Assembly: GCF_030028105.1 (NCBI RefSeq) | Contig: NC_092378.1 | Location: forward strand, 16,634,762 to 16,698,761 | DNA: 64,000 nt | DNA from: Mobula birostris | Taxonomy: Eukaryota | Direction: 5' to 3' | Shown: one piece after another, positions 50,281 to 64,000 of the stretch | How the letters are laid out: each line of letters starts with the position of its first letter | Position numbering within the stretch: position 1 is the first letter of the stretch | Translations under genes and position numbers: made by a program | Notes under the pieces: generated by a model | Seen by the model: only the letters and a program-made list of their open reading frames with translations | Database searches by the model: none | Told to the model about the DNA's origin: nothing

Positions 50281-51689
50281 AATAAGTTACCTGCATTATG
50301 TGTAGCTAGCACTCACCTAATTTCATCTTGGAAGACATAGTAAAATTAGGGTATTTCTAGAGTCACAATCTAATGAGGTTGTATTACATTGAGAATGCAT
50401 TGAATTTTGTTTCTTCATATTCATATAGGCAAGACAGCAAAAGTATTCAGATTTAATGAGACTGGAAAATAAATCCAAAAGGTATTAATTCTGAAATAAA
50501 ATTTATTATTTATATAAATGTTGCTGGTGAACGCAGCAGGCCAGGCAGCATCTCTAGGACGAGGTGCAGTCGACGTTTCAGGCCGAGACCCTTCGTCAAA
50601 ACTAACTGAAGGAAGAGTGTTGCTTGAATTTCCAGCATCTGCAGAATTCCTGTTGTTTTTATTATTTATATTGTGCTTTTATATTGTAGTATTACGTAAG
50701 ACTTTTGTTTAAGATGCTTTTGAATTTTGTGGATTCGTACATTTAGAAGCAATTTCCCGATTCCTGTTTCTGATCTTTCCAAGTTGACTCATTGGTTTAA
50801 CAAGACTGTAATCATTATTATTATTTAATAATTATTATTTTGAACAAATGAAAATAAGAAGTCGATTGTCATTTTCCACAACTACGTTCCTTTAATTATG
50901 ATGGCGAATTTCACAATCATAAAGAAAGTATTTTTTGAAGGAAAATTGTAGGAGACACTGCTGAAAAGACACTGCTGGAGGAGATGGATGGGTTTTAAGG
51001 ATAAATGTAAAAAATATTAGACTGTAGTTCACAGGTAATGGATATACAGTAGTGTATTCTATATATAAACTGATTCAAAATGCACATAAAATCTTACACT
51101 AACTCTGTCAACACCAATATTAATATATTCTATGAGGTTAGCTTCTACTAACTAAGACAAAGTTGTATTAAGGTGAAACAGAAGATTTTCCAATAATGGA
51201 AAACAAAACAGCACAGAGAAAGCAGGTTTCTTTACTGACCACCCAAGCTTTCGCCTAAAATATTTTCAGTCCAGTCCTCTCTGAACTGGCTGCCTCCATA
51301 TCCCTAATGATTTAAACCTTTTCAATTGAGTTTGCTTACCCCTCTTTGATTTCCCCGGCCTAGCTTTTTAAATTTTAACTTTACTGTGCAAATACCCCAA
51401 TCAGGACCAAGGGGGCCGATACAAATGTGAGCATTCCTAGAGAGAAACACCAACAAGTGCACACTGAGGACGTGACCTTGATCGGCAATGAAACGTCTGC
51501 AAGCTAATCGCTAAGCTCTGTGAACACTGTAACATCAAGCCCCTCAACCTCAGCTACCAATATTCACCACCATCCAAAACCCCAATTTATTTTCAATCAA
51601 TTCCTCGACCATACTGAGCCGTCATTTATCTCTTCCTTATATTCTTCATCAGTCTGCCTTTCCCCTCCTTGCAACACCACATTTATGCA

Positions 51690-52770
51690 TGTCTACACAC
51701 CGTCCGACCTCACCCGGAGAAGAGGGATGTATATGTTAGAATGCTATTCCTGGACTACAGTTCGGCATTCAACAGCGTAATTCCCCCAATCTTCACCGGA
51801 AGCTCAGAGACCTTGGCCTGCAACCCACCTTGTGCAGCTTGATCCCAGATTTCCTATTGGATCGCTGACAGATGGTAAGGATCGGCTCCCTCACTTCTGA
51901 CCCTCAACACAGGTGTCCCTCGAGGGTTGTGTCCTGAGTCCCCTCCTCTACTTCCTTTACACCCACGACTGTACTGCCACACACACCTCCAACCTGATCA
52001 AATCCGCAGATGACACAACTTTGATCAGCCTTATTTCTAGCGCTGACGAGACAGCCTACAGAGGAGAGGTTGACACCCTGACACAGTGGTGCCAGGATAA
52101 CAACCTCCCTCTCAATGTCCAAGAATTATAAGAGCTGATTGTGGATTATTGGAGGAATGGAGACAGGCTCTGCAGTTGAGAGGGTGAGTAGATACAAGTT
52201 CCTCGGTATACACATCACAAATGATCTCACCTGAACTGTACACCAGCTGTGTGGCAAAAATGATCTCACCTGGACTTTACACCGACTGTGTGGCAAAAAA
52301 AAATCGCAACAGCGTCTCTTCCAACTCAGGCAACTGAAGAAGTTCAGCATGAGCCCCCAAATCCTCAAGACCTTCTACAGGAGCACCATTGAGAACATAC
52401 TGACTGACTGTATCTCTGCCTGATATGGGAACTGCACCAACCCTGATTGCTGGGCACTTCAGAGAGTGGTATGGACAGCCCAGCACATCTGTGAATGTGA
52501 ACTTCCCTCCATTGAGGACATTTATAACAGCAGGTGCAGAAAGAAGGCCTGGAAGATCACCAGTCACTCAAACCATGAACTGCTCTAGCTGCTTCCGTTT
52601 GGAAAACAGTACCACAGCATTAAAGCCAGGACCAACAGGCTATGGGACAGATTCTGTCTACAAGCCATTAGACTTTTAAGTTCACATGTCTGTACAATGC
52701 AGCAGAGTCATAACGCAAGGATTTTTACTCCCTCACATTGTGGGATGGATGTAAGATTTAAATAAATTCC
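51690..52770 (+). mobile_element. Rex/Babar-type LINE RT and 3' end
   Basis: GCVLSPLLYFLYTHDC, KSADDTT; includes a ~39-bp internal tandem duplication at 52220-52300. Confidence 0.8.
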
Positions 52771-53809
52771 AAACTCTAACAGCCTATCTCCAACTCTGTC
52801 CCTGCCAACATTTTCATGTATTTTATTTTAATCGCTCATCTGGACAATTATCTTATAGACATGTTGCCTTTTCCAATGCACAAGAAACTTCAGACATCCC
52901 TGAATATAAGACTTGCACCTCCAGAATTCACTTACTTAATGTCACCAAAGTGTAGTGCCTCCTGCTCCAAATTTAAAGCAGGTCCCTCCATTACCTCAGT
53001 TCTACTCACTCCATACCCCACAACCCATCTGCATGATACATTCCACTTATAAAATTCCAAAATTCCAATCCATTGATTTGATCCACATTTTGGAAGTGAT
53101 GAACTAACTCTGGTCTCTTATCCCTTGTCCCTTCTGCCCTATTTGCAAAAGTTTTGGTGACTATGCCTTCAGTTATTTAAGATATTACATTGAATTAAAT
53201 GTGATGCCTCATTCTCTCCAGGACTCACCATAAAATGTAACTCTTGAGCCTATCTATTGCTGTCCTTCGTAATACTGAGTGAATTTTTTGTCTAATTATA
53301 CCTTTGTATGGTACCTGTGGATGTATTCCTGTTAAATATGCTACATAAATCCAAGCTCAGTTTAATTCTGTACAAATATTGCAGTTGTATCAAATATCTG
53401 GTTTATAATGCATGAAACAGGAATAATCAGACATCTCCACCTAACTCGAGCTGGCAGATTTCCCAAAATGCATTTTGTACATTTAGACAGAAACACATCG
53501 TGAACAGCAATTGTTCTAGCTGACCTAATTTCACGGACAGCTCAACTGAGGGACTAATTCTGTTTTTATTATAAAGGGTGGTGTAAAATGAATCTGAATA
53601 ATTTAATGTATCTGAAAATTACAAAATATACACTTTGTCTTTGAATTAGTACAATTGGTCAAATGATCATTATACCAGATTAAAGAGGTATTTTTGGATT
53701 TTCTTGTAATGGACTCTGGTCATTAATTGAATGAAATTATTGCTACTTTAGGTGTGCATGTACTGAGTAGATTACACTATGAAATACAAAGCAAGGTCAA
53801 AAATACCTG

Positions 53810-56130
53810 CAACACACACAAAATGCTGAAGGAACTCAGCAGGCCAGGCAGCACCTGTGGAAAAAAGTACAGTCGACATTTCAGGCTGAAACCCTTCGGC
53901 AGGACTGGAGAAAAAATGCCGAGGAGAAGATTTGAAAGGTGGGGGTGGGAGGGGAGAGAGAAACGCCTGGCGTTAGGTGAAACCTGAAGGGGGACGGATG
54001 AAGCAAAGAGCTAGGAAGTTGATTGGTGAAAGAGACAGAAGGCCATGGAAGAAAGAAGACAGGGTGGGGGGGGGGTGGAGGAGCAGCAGAGGGAGACGAT
54101 AAGCAGGCAAGGAGCTAACATGAGAGAGGGACAAAGGGGATGGGAGTGGGTGTAGACATTACTGGAAGTTTGAGAAATCGATCTTCATGCCATTAGGTTG
54201 GAGGCTACCCAAATAAAATATAAGGTGTTGTTCCTCCAATCTAAGTGTGGCCTTATCCCGACAGTGGAGGAGGCCATGGATGGACCTATTGGAATGGGAA
54301 GGGGAAGTGGAATTAAAATAGGCGGCCACTGGGAGATCCCGCTTGTTCTGGTGGACAGAGCGTAGATGCTCGGTGAAGCGGTCCCCCAATCTACGTCAGG
54401 TCTCACCAATATACGAGAGGCCACACTGGGAGCACCGAACAGAATATATGACCCCAACAGACTCACAGGTGAAGTGTCGCCTCACCTGGAAGGACTGGTT
54501 AGGACCCTGATAGGTAGTGAGCGAGGAGGTGTAGGGGCAGGTAAGGCACTTGTTTCGCTTGCAAGGATAAGTGCCAGGAGGGTGTTCATTGGGGAGGGAC
54601 GAATGGACAAGGGAATCATGTGGGAATGATCCCTGCTGAAAGCAGAAAGTGGTGGGGGGAGGGAAAGATGTTTGGTGGTGGGATCCAGTTGGAGGTAGCA
54701 GTGGTTTCGGAGAATTATGTGCTGGATGCGGAGGCTGGTGGGGCGGTAGGTGAGGATAAGAGGAACCCTATCCCTGGTGGTATGATGGGAGGATGGGGTG
54801 AGAACAGACTGTGTGAAGTGGAAAAGATGTGGTTGAGGGCAGTGTTGATGGTGGAGGAAGGGAAGCCCCTTTCTTTGAAAAAGGAGGACATCTCCTTCGT
54901 TCTAGAATGAAGAGCCTCATCCTGAGAGCAGATGCAGTGTTGATGCAGGAATTGAGGGAAGGGGATGGCATTTTTACAAGTAGCAAGGTGGGACGAGGTG
55001 TCGTCCAGGTATCTGTGAGAATCCATTGGTTTGTAATAGACATCGGTGGATAAGCTGTCTCTGGAGATAGAGACAGTGAGATCGAGAAAGTGAAGGAAAG
55101 TGTTGGAAATGGACCAGGTGAATTTGAGGGCGGGGTGGAAGTTGGAGGCACAGTGGATGAAATCGACAAGTTCAGCACAGGTGCAGGAAGCAGCACTGAT
55201 GCAGTCATCAATGTTGCACAGGAAAAGTGCGGGACAGTCAGCAGTGTAGGCTTGCAACGTAGATTGTTCCACCTAGCCGACAAACAGGCAGGCATAGCTG
55301 CGACCCATGCGAGTGCCCACGGCTACGCCTTTTGTTTGAAGGAAGTGGGAAGGCCCAAAAGAGAAATTATTTAGAGTGAGAACGTTCCACTAAGCGGAGG
55401 AGAGTGGTGGTGGAGGGGAACTGGTTGGGTCTGGTGTCCAGAAAGAAACGGAGAGCTTTAAGGCCTTCCTGGTGGGGAGTGGAGGTGTACAGGGACTAGA
55501 CATCTATAGTAAAAATAAGATGATAGGGGCCAGGAAACCTGAAATCCTTGAGAAGATCGAGAGTGCGCTTTATGTTTTGCCAGTGGGGGGAGGGGGGATT
55601 GTTGCTCACTGCCGCTTACGCGCGGGAGGGCGGAGCTGGGGGGGACTTTGGGGTTTTCACGTTTAATTGTCGTTCATTGTTTGGGGCACTTCTCTGTTTT
55701 CATGGATGGTTGCGAAGAAAAAGCATTTCAGGGTGTATATTGTATACATTTCTCTGACGTTAAATTGAACCTTTGAACCTTTGAGTGTGTTAGGTTTCAT
55801 GGATATAGGTGGGAAGGTAAACCAGGGGGGATAAAACCCAGTCGAGGTATACAGATATGAGTTCAGAGGGGCAGGAACAAACTGAAAAAATGGGTCTACC
55901 TGGACAAGCAGGTTTGTGGATTTTGGGTAGGAGGTAGAAATGGGAGGTGCGGGGTGTGGGAACTATGAGGTCGGTGGCAGTGGATGGGAGATCCCCAGAG
56001 TCAGTGAGGTTGGTGATGGTGTGGGAGACAATGGCCTGGTGTTTCTTAGTGGGGTCCTGTTCGAGGTGTAAGTAAGAGGAGGTGGCTGAGAGCCTCGCAA
56101 GGTAGAGGTCAGTTCACCAGACTACTACAG
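53810..56130 (-). mobile_element. Penelope-like retroelement, older copy, with an insertion at ~55549-55784
   Basis: Homologous to 10306-12598 (FLCNIDDCI, NFHPALKFTWSIS, YYKPMDSH, LGDRFTEHLRSV). Confidence 0.9.
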
Positions 56131-57361
56131 ATACATACCTGTAATACCTGTTCAATAGCCGGTCAAATTACCCATTTGACTTTTACAAACAAATGGCTGC
56201 TAATACAGCTCCCTTACCTCTTCCACCATGCAGTCTTCAACTCTGCATTTTTCTGGTGTATTTAACTAACCCATCAATTACAAAAAAAGATCACCTTTAA
56301 TATTGACAGTGCACCCCCACCTTCCCATCTTGAAGAATCTATTAGAGACTCGGTAGGTGGAATACTGAATCGCTACAGAAAATGTAGAGGCAAAATCAGA
56401 GCTTTTTCCCAAACTTGTGTTCTCATTTCTATACATTGACATTAACATTGCCTTTCAACTATTGACGAAAAATTCAGGTAACTTCTATCTTGAATTTAAC
56501 AAATATTAATACCAATCCTGCTGTGATGAAAAGGCAGGAAAAATAGAGGACTTGCCACCAATAGTTGGCAATAATTTCCCTTCTCCCAGAGACGGAAAAC
56601 GTTACCCCGACCAGGAGCTGCTGCAACAGAAGGAAGACATTGAATTAGGAGATCCCTTTTTAACACCTGAATACAAAGCATTCCTATGGTTAGTGAATCT
56701 TAGCAACAAACTAAAATTATGTCTTGATGACTGTCGTACTCAATAGATTTGATGAACCATGAATTGTCTGTTGAAACTTTTCAGGATCAGTGTAGATCTA
56801 ACAACAGTCAAGAAGTTGACACTATCCAAGACAAAGCAGTCCATTTGATTGGTACTTTGTGAACCACCCTAATATATATTTTATATGTGATTATACGGGC
56901 AGTGGGAAAAGTGTTTGTAGATCTCGTACTGGAGATGCAGTATCACTTCACCATGCCACTTTGTCTTTATCAGCCAGGTACCCCACTTGCGTTCATTAGG
57001 ATCTTCCTCCTTGTTAAGTCCGTTTTAAAGTTTAAGGTTACCAGTATGATAAGGTGGTGGGGTTATTACTCAAGCTTAATGTTGGAGGGGTTTGAGTACA
57101 GTATAGGAAATGGGTGCTGTGATTTGAGGAGTTATGCACCAACTTTTTTAGGTGTGGAGGGAAGGCCAGGAATGGGGGTAGGACTGGACAATGGAGGTGG
57201 AGGCTACACGGCAAAGGTGGGGGGGGGGGTACTGGCATTGCGGGGGAGGGCTGGGGAGGAACCTGACGGTGTGGGGGTGGGGGGGGGGGTTGAGGGAAAA
57301 GGAAAAGAACTGATGGTGCTGTGGGCTGAACCAGGCCCCTAGTTGGGAGAAAGCTTGGGTT

Positions 57362-57397
<36 letters not shown>

Positions 57398-59199
57398 GAT
57401 ACACATATATAAAAGGTATATATGTTTTATCAGTACTGCAGTAAATGTTATGTTTACCATCTACAAAGTCACTGCAGTTACTTGCTATTTCTTCAATAAC
57501 ATCTATAACGGCAAACTCTATCACCAAGAACAATAGCAGGGAAATAGGAACTCTGCAAATTGTACATCACCCAGACTTGAAACTTATATTGTAGCTCCTT
57601 CAGCATCATTGGATCTAAATCCTCAATTTTCCTCTTTGGTGGTATTGTAAGTGTACCATCACCGAATCATTCCTGTGGTTCAGGAAAGCATCTCATGAAG
57701 GAATTTCGCAAACTTCTACAGATGTGCTATGGAAAGCAATGTGGCAGGTTGCATTTCAGCCTGGTGATGCAGCTCTGCTCTGGACCGTCATAACCTGCAG
57801 AGAGTGGTAAACACTGCCAGGTCCATCACAGACTCAAAACATCCTTCCATCCAGTCCATCTTCGCAATATCTTGCATCGTGGAGGCTAACTGTAACATAG
57901 AGGATGCCTTCTGCCTTCCAGGACAAGAGACGCTTGAAAGCCTGTATATGAGAATAAAACAGTCTGAATGTGAGCATTCTAAATGGCAATTAGGAATGCA
58001 TAATATAAGCTGGCCTTGCCAACTATACACTCCTCTGAGAAACAAATAAATGAACAAACAAACATTCAATTAATAAGAAATAAATAAAATTGATTGTAAT
58101 GTAAAATATTGCAAGCCTGTTTCACTGGTAACATAGAATACTGCAATCCCAGTTCCTGGTTCATTGGATAGACCGATGGCAGGGAAGCTGCATTGCCTTG
58201 GTTGTTGCGCGGAAAAGGCCCACGTGCCTTGGACTCGCCTGTTCCAGTCATCAGCGAAGGAGACTGCGGAACTGGCCATGTGCTGGTGGATTTTGTACTG
58301 GGCTGGGGACTGACTCCTGTCCAGTTGGTGTTACCCTCAAGTGTTCGCTCAATGGAAGGACAAGCTGGACCAGGACAACTCAGGGACTTGGGCTATATAT
58401 TATTTTCCTCTTTGCAACTGTTCTTTGAAATCATAACCATATGTGTTATGTGCAATGTGCTGTGAGCTGTGGGTAATGTGCTCTGCAACTTGGCTCAAGA
58501 CGAACACTGTTTCATTTGGCTATATTAATGTACAGCTGAATGATTGTTAACCTTGAAGCTTGGAACTTGAACTTGATTAATAAATAACAAAAGGGTATTT
58601 GGCAGAAAACATTATCAGCACATAAGCGAGTAATGCTGAGGGAAGTCCTTTCCTATAATCATCAGGATAAGAAACAACGAGCACCAGAGGAAGTCGCATC
58701 AGCTCTATCATGCACCCAGCTGGATGTAGGAAATGAGATGAGAGAGAAAATGAGAACTTGTAAAGGAGTCAATTGAAGATTATCAGAGAGCAAATGAGAG
58801 GGAATCTGTGGGGGGAGGGAAAGCCAAAGAACTATGAAAGGGTATAATAACTGAAAGGGTTAGAATAAACCCCACTTGCACGCCAACAGCTCACAATGAA
58901 GTTCAGGCATTTCCCCAGCACTTACGATGGGGAATCTGCCCAGATTCGGAAGCCCGAACATTACAGTAACAGCAAATTCATTCACTTCAACAGACGGGGT
59001 GAAATATTGGTCAGGTAACTTTTTAAATTAATTTTAATATTTTAATTGTTGCTAAAATAATTTAATTAAAATCATTTAATTGTATGATTAATTTAATAGC
59101 TCGTAAAATCAGTAACTAAAACCTTGGGTTTTCATTTTTTCCACAGTTATTATCATTTGTAACCCTTTTCAAAATAGATGGGCTTTTATTTTCCCTAGA

Positions 59200-59710
59200 A
59201 CTTAAGTCAAGTCACTTTTATTGTCACTTCAACTATAACTGCTGGTACAGTACACAGTAAAAACGAAACAATGATCCTCCAGGACCATGGTGCTACCTGA
59301 AACAACACAAAACTACACTAGCCTAGACTCTGGGTGTTAAGGAGTCTGATGGCTTGGGGGAAGAAACTGTTACACAGGCTGGTCATGAGAGCCTGAATGC
59401 TTCAGTACCTTTTGCCAGATGGCAGGAGGAAGACGAGTTTGTGTGAGGGGTGTGTGGGGTCCTTCATAATGCTGTTTGCTTTGCAGACGCAGCGTGTGGT
59501 GTAAATGTCTGTAGTGGCAGGAAGAGAGACCCCGATGATCTTCTCAGCTGAGCTCACTATCCGCTGCAGGGTCCTGCGATCTGAGGTGGTGCAATTTCCG
59601 AACCAGGCAGTAATGCAGCTGCTCAGGATACTCTCGATACATCCTCTGTAGAATGTGGTGAGGATGGGGTGTGGAAGATGGACTTTTTTCAGCCTTCACA
59701 GAAAGTAGAA
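59200..59710 (-). mobile_element. Rex/Babar-type LINE 3' end
   Basis: Minus strand shows [16 protein letters not shown] and SFFPQAIRLL remnants. Confidence 0.7.
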
Positions 59711-60589
59711 TCATGTGGATTAGATGTGCAAGCCTCTGGCAGAATTGTACACATTACCTCACAGAAGCACCATAAATCAGTCATACATTTTGCCTGATCA
59801 TCTTCAAAATTTCTAGGTGTTCTGCTATAACGAAATTCTAATATTTTCCCCTTAACAGTCATTAAGCTATCTGGTCTGTAACTCCTTGCTTTCTGTCGTC
59901 CAACAGTTTTTGAAAATTTTGAGCTCCATTAGCAGTTTTCTAATCTGAAGGAAGCTTCGCCTAATTTAGTGAAGTCAGAAAATTAAAGCCAATGCTACCT
60001 CAATGATTGCTTTTTTAAAACCCTAGGATGAAGTCCGTCAAGATCTGGAGACTTTTGACTTCTTGCACTTCCAAACTTTTCTCTTTGTGATATTCCTGTG
60101 ACTGGAATTTTCCTGAATTCCTTCCTCCCTTCCAATTCTCATTAAGTATTTCTGGTATATTACTTGTGACCTCTAGAGTGAAGAATATGCTAAATATTTG
60201 TTTGATTAATTTGCTATAATTCTTATTTTCTTCGTGTCCAAGACTCACTTTCTATGGGATCAACACTCACTATTTGTTTTAAAAATAGCTGTAGAAATTC
60301 ATCAAGCAACACATACAAAATGCTAAGACCCATCATCAGGATTGAAAGGAAGGAGGAAGGGGTAAGAAGTCAGCTGAAGGTTCTTGGCCTGAAATATTTA
60401 TTCATGCCAGAATCTTTCCTGTAATACCCTGGGCTGGTAGCTTGTTAAGCAGCATCACATGTGGCACCTTGTCAAAGTCCTTCTGAAAATCCAAGTACAC
60501 AACATCAAGCAATTCTCCTTTATCTAACTTGCTTGTTATTTTATTAACTTCCTACATTTTGGCACTGATGAACAATATCTGTTGTATTA

Positions 60590-61310
60590 AATCTGAGGTT
60601 GAAAACTTGGCTGAGTGGTGTAATAACAACAGCCTCTCACTCAATGTCAATAAGACCAAAGGACTGCTTGTAGACTTCAGGAGAGGGAAACCAGATGCCC
60701 ATGAGCCAGTAATCATCAAAGGATCAGAGATGGAGAGTATCAGTAACTTTAAATTCCTGGGTGTCACTATGTCAGTTGATCTGCACTGGACCCATCATAT
60801 AAATATTATTGTGAAGAAAGCACGGCACCAACTCTACTTCCTCAGGAGTCTACAGAGGTTCGCCATGTCATTGAAAACCTTGGCAAACTTCTTTAGATGT
60901 GTGGTGGAAAGCGTGCTGACTGGCTGCATTGCGGCCTGGTATGGGAACACCAATATCTCTGAGCAGAAAATCCTACAAAAGGCAGCGGATTTGGCCTAAT
61001 ACATCACAGGTAAAACCCTCCCAACCATTGAGCACATCTACAGGAAACATTGCCGTAGAAAAGTAGCATGAATCATCAGAGATCCTCACCACCCAGGCCA
61101 TGCTCTTTCCTCGCTGCTGCCATCAGGTAGAAAGTACACAAGCCTCAGGACTCCCACCACCAGGTTCAAGAACGGTTACTACCCCTCAACTATCAGGCTC
61201 TCGAACAAAAGGGGATAATTACATTCAGTTAAGGACTTCGTTATTTCATTCTCGTTATTTATTGCTATTTATTTATATCTGCACTTGCACAGTTGGCTTT
61301 GTTGTTGTCT
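60590..61310 (+). mobile_element. Rex/Babar-type LINE 3' end
   Basis: WCNNNSLSLNVNKTKGLLVDFRR...KKARHQLYFLRSLQRF. Confidence 0.85.
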
Positions 61311-62929
61311 TGATACTTTAAACAGTTTTGTGCTTAGAACGCTTTACAGCATCAACAAAGATTCATTCAAAGAATATTTAGACCTCAAAATTAGATCACA
61401 CTGAACTCAGTCATTAAGGTGTAAAAGAAGTGCTCAGCGCCTTACCTTCATTCACCCAGCATGTTAACAATGTCCATTCTCTGTTAATGCAGAACGCCAG
61501 AGGGGAAAAAAATCTATGATCTCAGATTCTGTGAATAAGAAAATTTACATTTAAGTATATGTTTGCTTCTTCTCCTCAATTAGCTGCTTAAATGAGCTTA
61601 ATGTTTTTGCTGTTGGCTATAAATGGCCACAAACAATTTACCACATATGGTAAAGAAAAAGAACTCTTAATATACTTACTATTATTTTCCAGAAATGTAT
61701 CTTATCAGTATTTTCATTTAAAAAAACACAATATGGATCTTCTCAGTTTCAGATATTTTCATATAGAAATAAATTTACTAGTGAACTAATTAAATCACCA
61801 CAGGAAAAAAGGGGTCAGGGTGAAGCTGAACATGAGATTGCAGATGTGCTATTCTCATTAAAGAATCCTGGAGGAGTGTCAAAAGAGCATATTATTATTT
61901 ATTTTTAAATCATTTACATTTTAAAAAATAAATATGCTCCAAGATGGAATTGGCATATTATCCCCAGCATTGCAACTGGTTGTTTTAAAAATTCGACAAA
62001 TAGAAGCATAAACATCAAAACCTGAGGAGATTTGATGATATTACTACAGGACGAGGTTCAGCTAAGTTGAAATGTAATTAGAGGAGTGGAGGAGTATTAA
62101 TATTGAATGCCCTTCTGTTCTAATGCAGTTTCTTTTTAAATCATGGCTTCCCCACAGCAATTAGAATTACAAATGCATTAATATTTAGTGCACTTCTGAT
62201 AAAGAGCATCTAACTGCATTATTTACAACTTCCTGAATAAACATGCCATTCGGATTAAAGATCTTAAGGTTCCTACTTTGAATTAATTTTAAAAACATTA
62301 TATTTTGTAAATTCTCACGAACAAAAGAATAACCATTAAGTCCAACCACCCTAACACTTTCTTGGCAGCTTTAGATGAAGGTTACCATAGAAACAATATT
62401 AAGGTGCAGACAAAACCAGGTACCGTTCCAGAAACTAGTGACTAGTGGAGTGCCGCAGGGATCCGATGTTGTTCGGCATCTATATCAACAGTCTGGATAA
62501 TAATGTGGTTAACTAGGTCAGCAAATTTGCGATTGACACCCAGACTGGGGGTGTAGTGAACAGCAAGGAAGACTATCAAGGCTAGGCAGTTGAAATAGTT
62601 TGTCACAGTCTGGATGGGCTGAAGGGCTTGTTTCTGTGCAGTAGTTTTCTCTGACTCTAAACTGGATTCTAAGAAATTATGTATTGGAAGCTCCTTTTAA
62701 AAATGTTCAGTAGTCTGGCCTGTACGTGAATTCTGACCCACACATGTGCTGTCTCTTTAATGCTCCCTTAAATAGCTCCTGTTTGCACTTAGTTGTCTGA
62801 TAACTGCTACACTGAAAGAATAAAAATGGACATACCAATTACATTGACTGAGGCACCAAATTTAGGCAGAGGAAAGTCACTCCCAGTTTCAAAGTCTGTT
62901 ATATAAACAAATAGCGACTGATGATTAAA

Positions 62930-63200
62930 TTGTCCCAGAAAGCTGGTTAAGCAACAGGCTGACATTGTTATTCTCACTGACACATAACATACCAAACTGC
63001 TCCATCATAATCCCTATGCATGTCCTGTCCATCTGACAGGACCAACCCATCAGATGGAGGAGCAGAAGTACATAGAGACAAAATGGAGCGATCCTGGAGT
63101 CTAAACATTGACATCGGTCCCTTTGAATTCTCGAGCACCAGACCAGATACGGGCAAGAAAATCTTTTCCTGATTGACCATCGTCTGTGCTCCTCCAGATA
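62930..63200 (+). mobile_element. Ancient CR1/L2 endonuclease remnant
   Basis: KLVKQQADIVILTDT-like reading, followed by stops and frameshifts. Confidence 0.45.
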
Positions 63201-63280
63201 ATGTATTTTTCCTGCTCTGTGTTTGTGGCTTAGTGCCAAGAGCTGAAAATGCAACATATTAGATATTATTTGGTTTCAAA

Positions 63281-63700
63281 TACAGTGGTTCCAGTTAATT
63301 GAGCCATTGGTTAATCATGGCAGCCGCATATTTGGGACAACTCCGAAAGAACAAAAACAAATCGAGAAGATTGCTGGTATTCCCTTTGTTTATTCGGGAC
63401 ACTATGCTGATTGGGACAGGAGACTTGCCAAATAGGTTCAACCTGGCTGCTAGACGCAGTTTTTTAATTAGTGTAGTTGTATGTGTTTGCGTTCAAAGAG
63501 CAGTTACTGTATACTTTTCACCGATAGTTGGCGAGAAATAAGCAGTAAGACAAATCAGGACTGTTTTGCACACTGTCGTTTTAAGCACTGAGGCTTGGAG
63601 GTGCCTGAAATAGCCAGGAATGAAAATGAAACAGTTTCACTATTTTAACAAGTTAGGAACTACGAAGAATTTGAAGGCATCGACAATCATCTTGAATGTT
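63281..63700. mobile_element. Tigger/pogo-like MITE fragment
   Basis: TA-CAGTGGTTCCAGTTAATTG start, similar to TACTGTGGATCCTGGTTAATTGGGAC at ~10148. Confidence 0.45.
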
Positions 63701-64000
63701 TCCTTTGTTCCCCACAGGACACTCAGCTCTCACCTGCGGTACCAAGTACCTGTTTGCATGCGACAGCAGTCACACCCCGGTACACCTCTTCGACAGGTGG
63801 GCTAAACCAGGTGAGAGTAACTGTCAGGTCTCATACCCTGGTGAGGTAGAGACATATCTGTCCTAGCATGCAAAGTCAGCTCTGGCACATCGGACAGATG
63901 AGATCTACAGTGAGATCCGATGGCTTGGAAGGTGGTACTGCAACACTCCGTGGAGACCGAGGAGCATGACAAGGCACCGAAGAGGTCATGGTCATCTCCT

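Noticed and set aside
56496-56746. Short ORFs on both strands in unique sequence
   Set aside because: No homology, no consistent exon chain and non-ATG starts.
61493-61508. CTCF-like CGCCAGAGGGGA
   Set aside because: Only a partial match that lacks the GGCRC end; not distinguishable from chance.

Overview
Eukaryotic genomic DNA, AT-rich and dense in repeats. The repeat content (CR1, Rex/Babar-type LINEs, Penelope elements and their short derivatives, Chapaev3, Tc1/mariner MITEs) suggests a cartilaginous fish, probably a ray; this is an inference. The only host protein gene I can support is a compact five-coding-exon interleukin-22 on the + strand, join(2941-3102,3197-3262,3375-3524,3750-3812,4107-4232), 188 aa. 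The ORF track shows only its first exon. It has a TATA/kB/CRE/RORE-type promoter, AU-rich elements and a polyA signal. The remaining ~60 kb downstream is intergenic; I found no IL-26 or IFN-gamma exons by eye. It is packed with nested transposable elements. The most interesting non-genic signals are: (i) a CpG-rich ~200-bp cluster of near-perfect immune transcription-factor sites at 41.8-42.0 kb, a candidate distal enhancer of the IL22-IFNG locus; (ii) minimal type I hammerhead ribozyme motifs carried by Penelope ends and their short or foldback derivatives; (iii) an inverted copy of IL22 3'-flank sequence inside a Chapaev3 transposon; (iv) mariner MITEs built from nested TIR copies. All motif and family calls were made by eye, without database searches.
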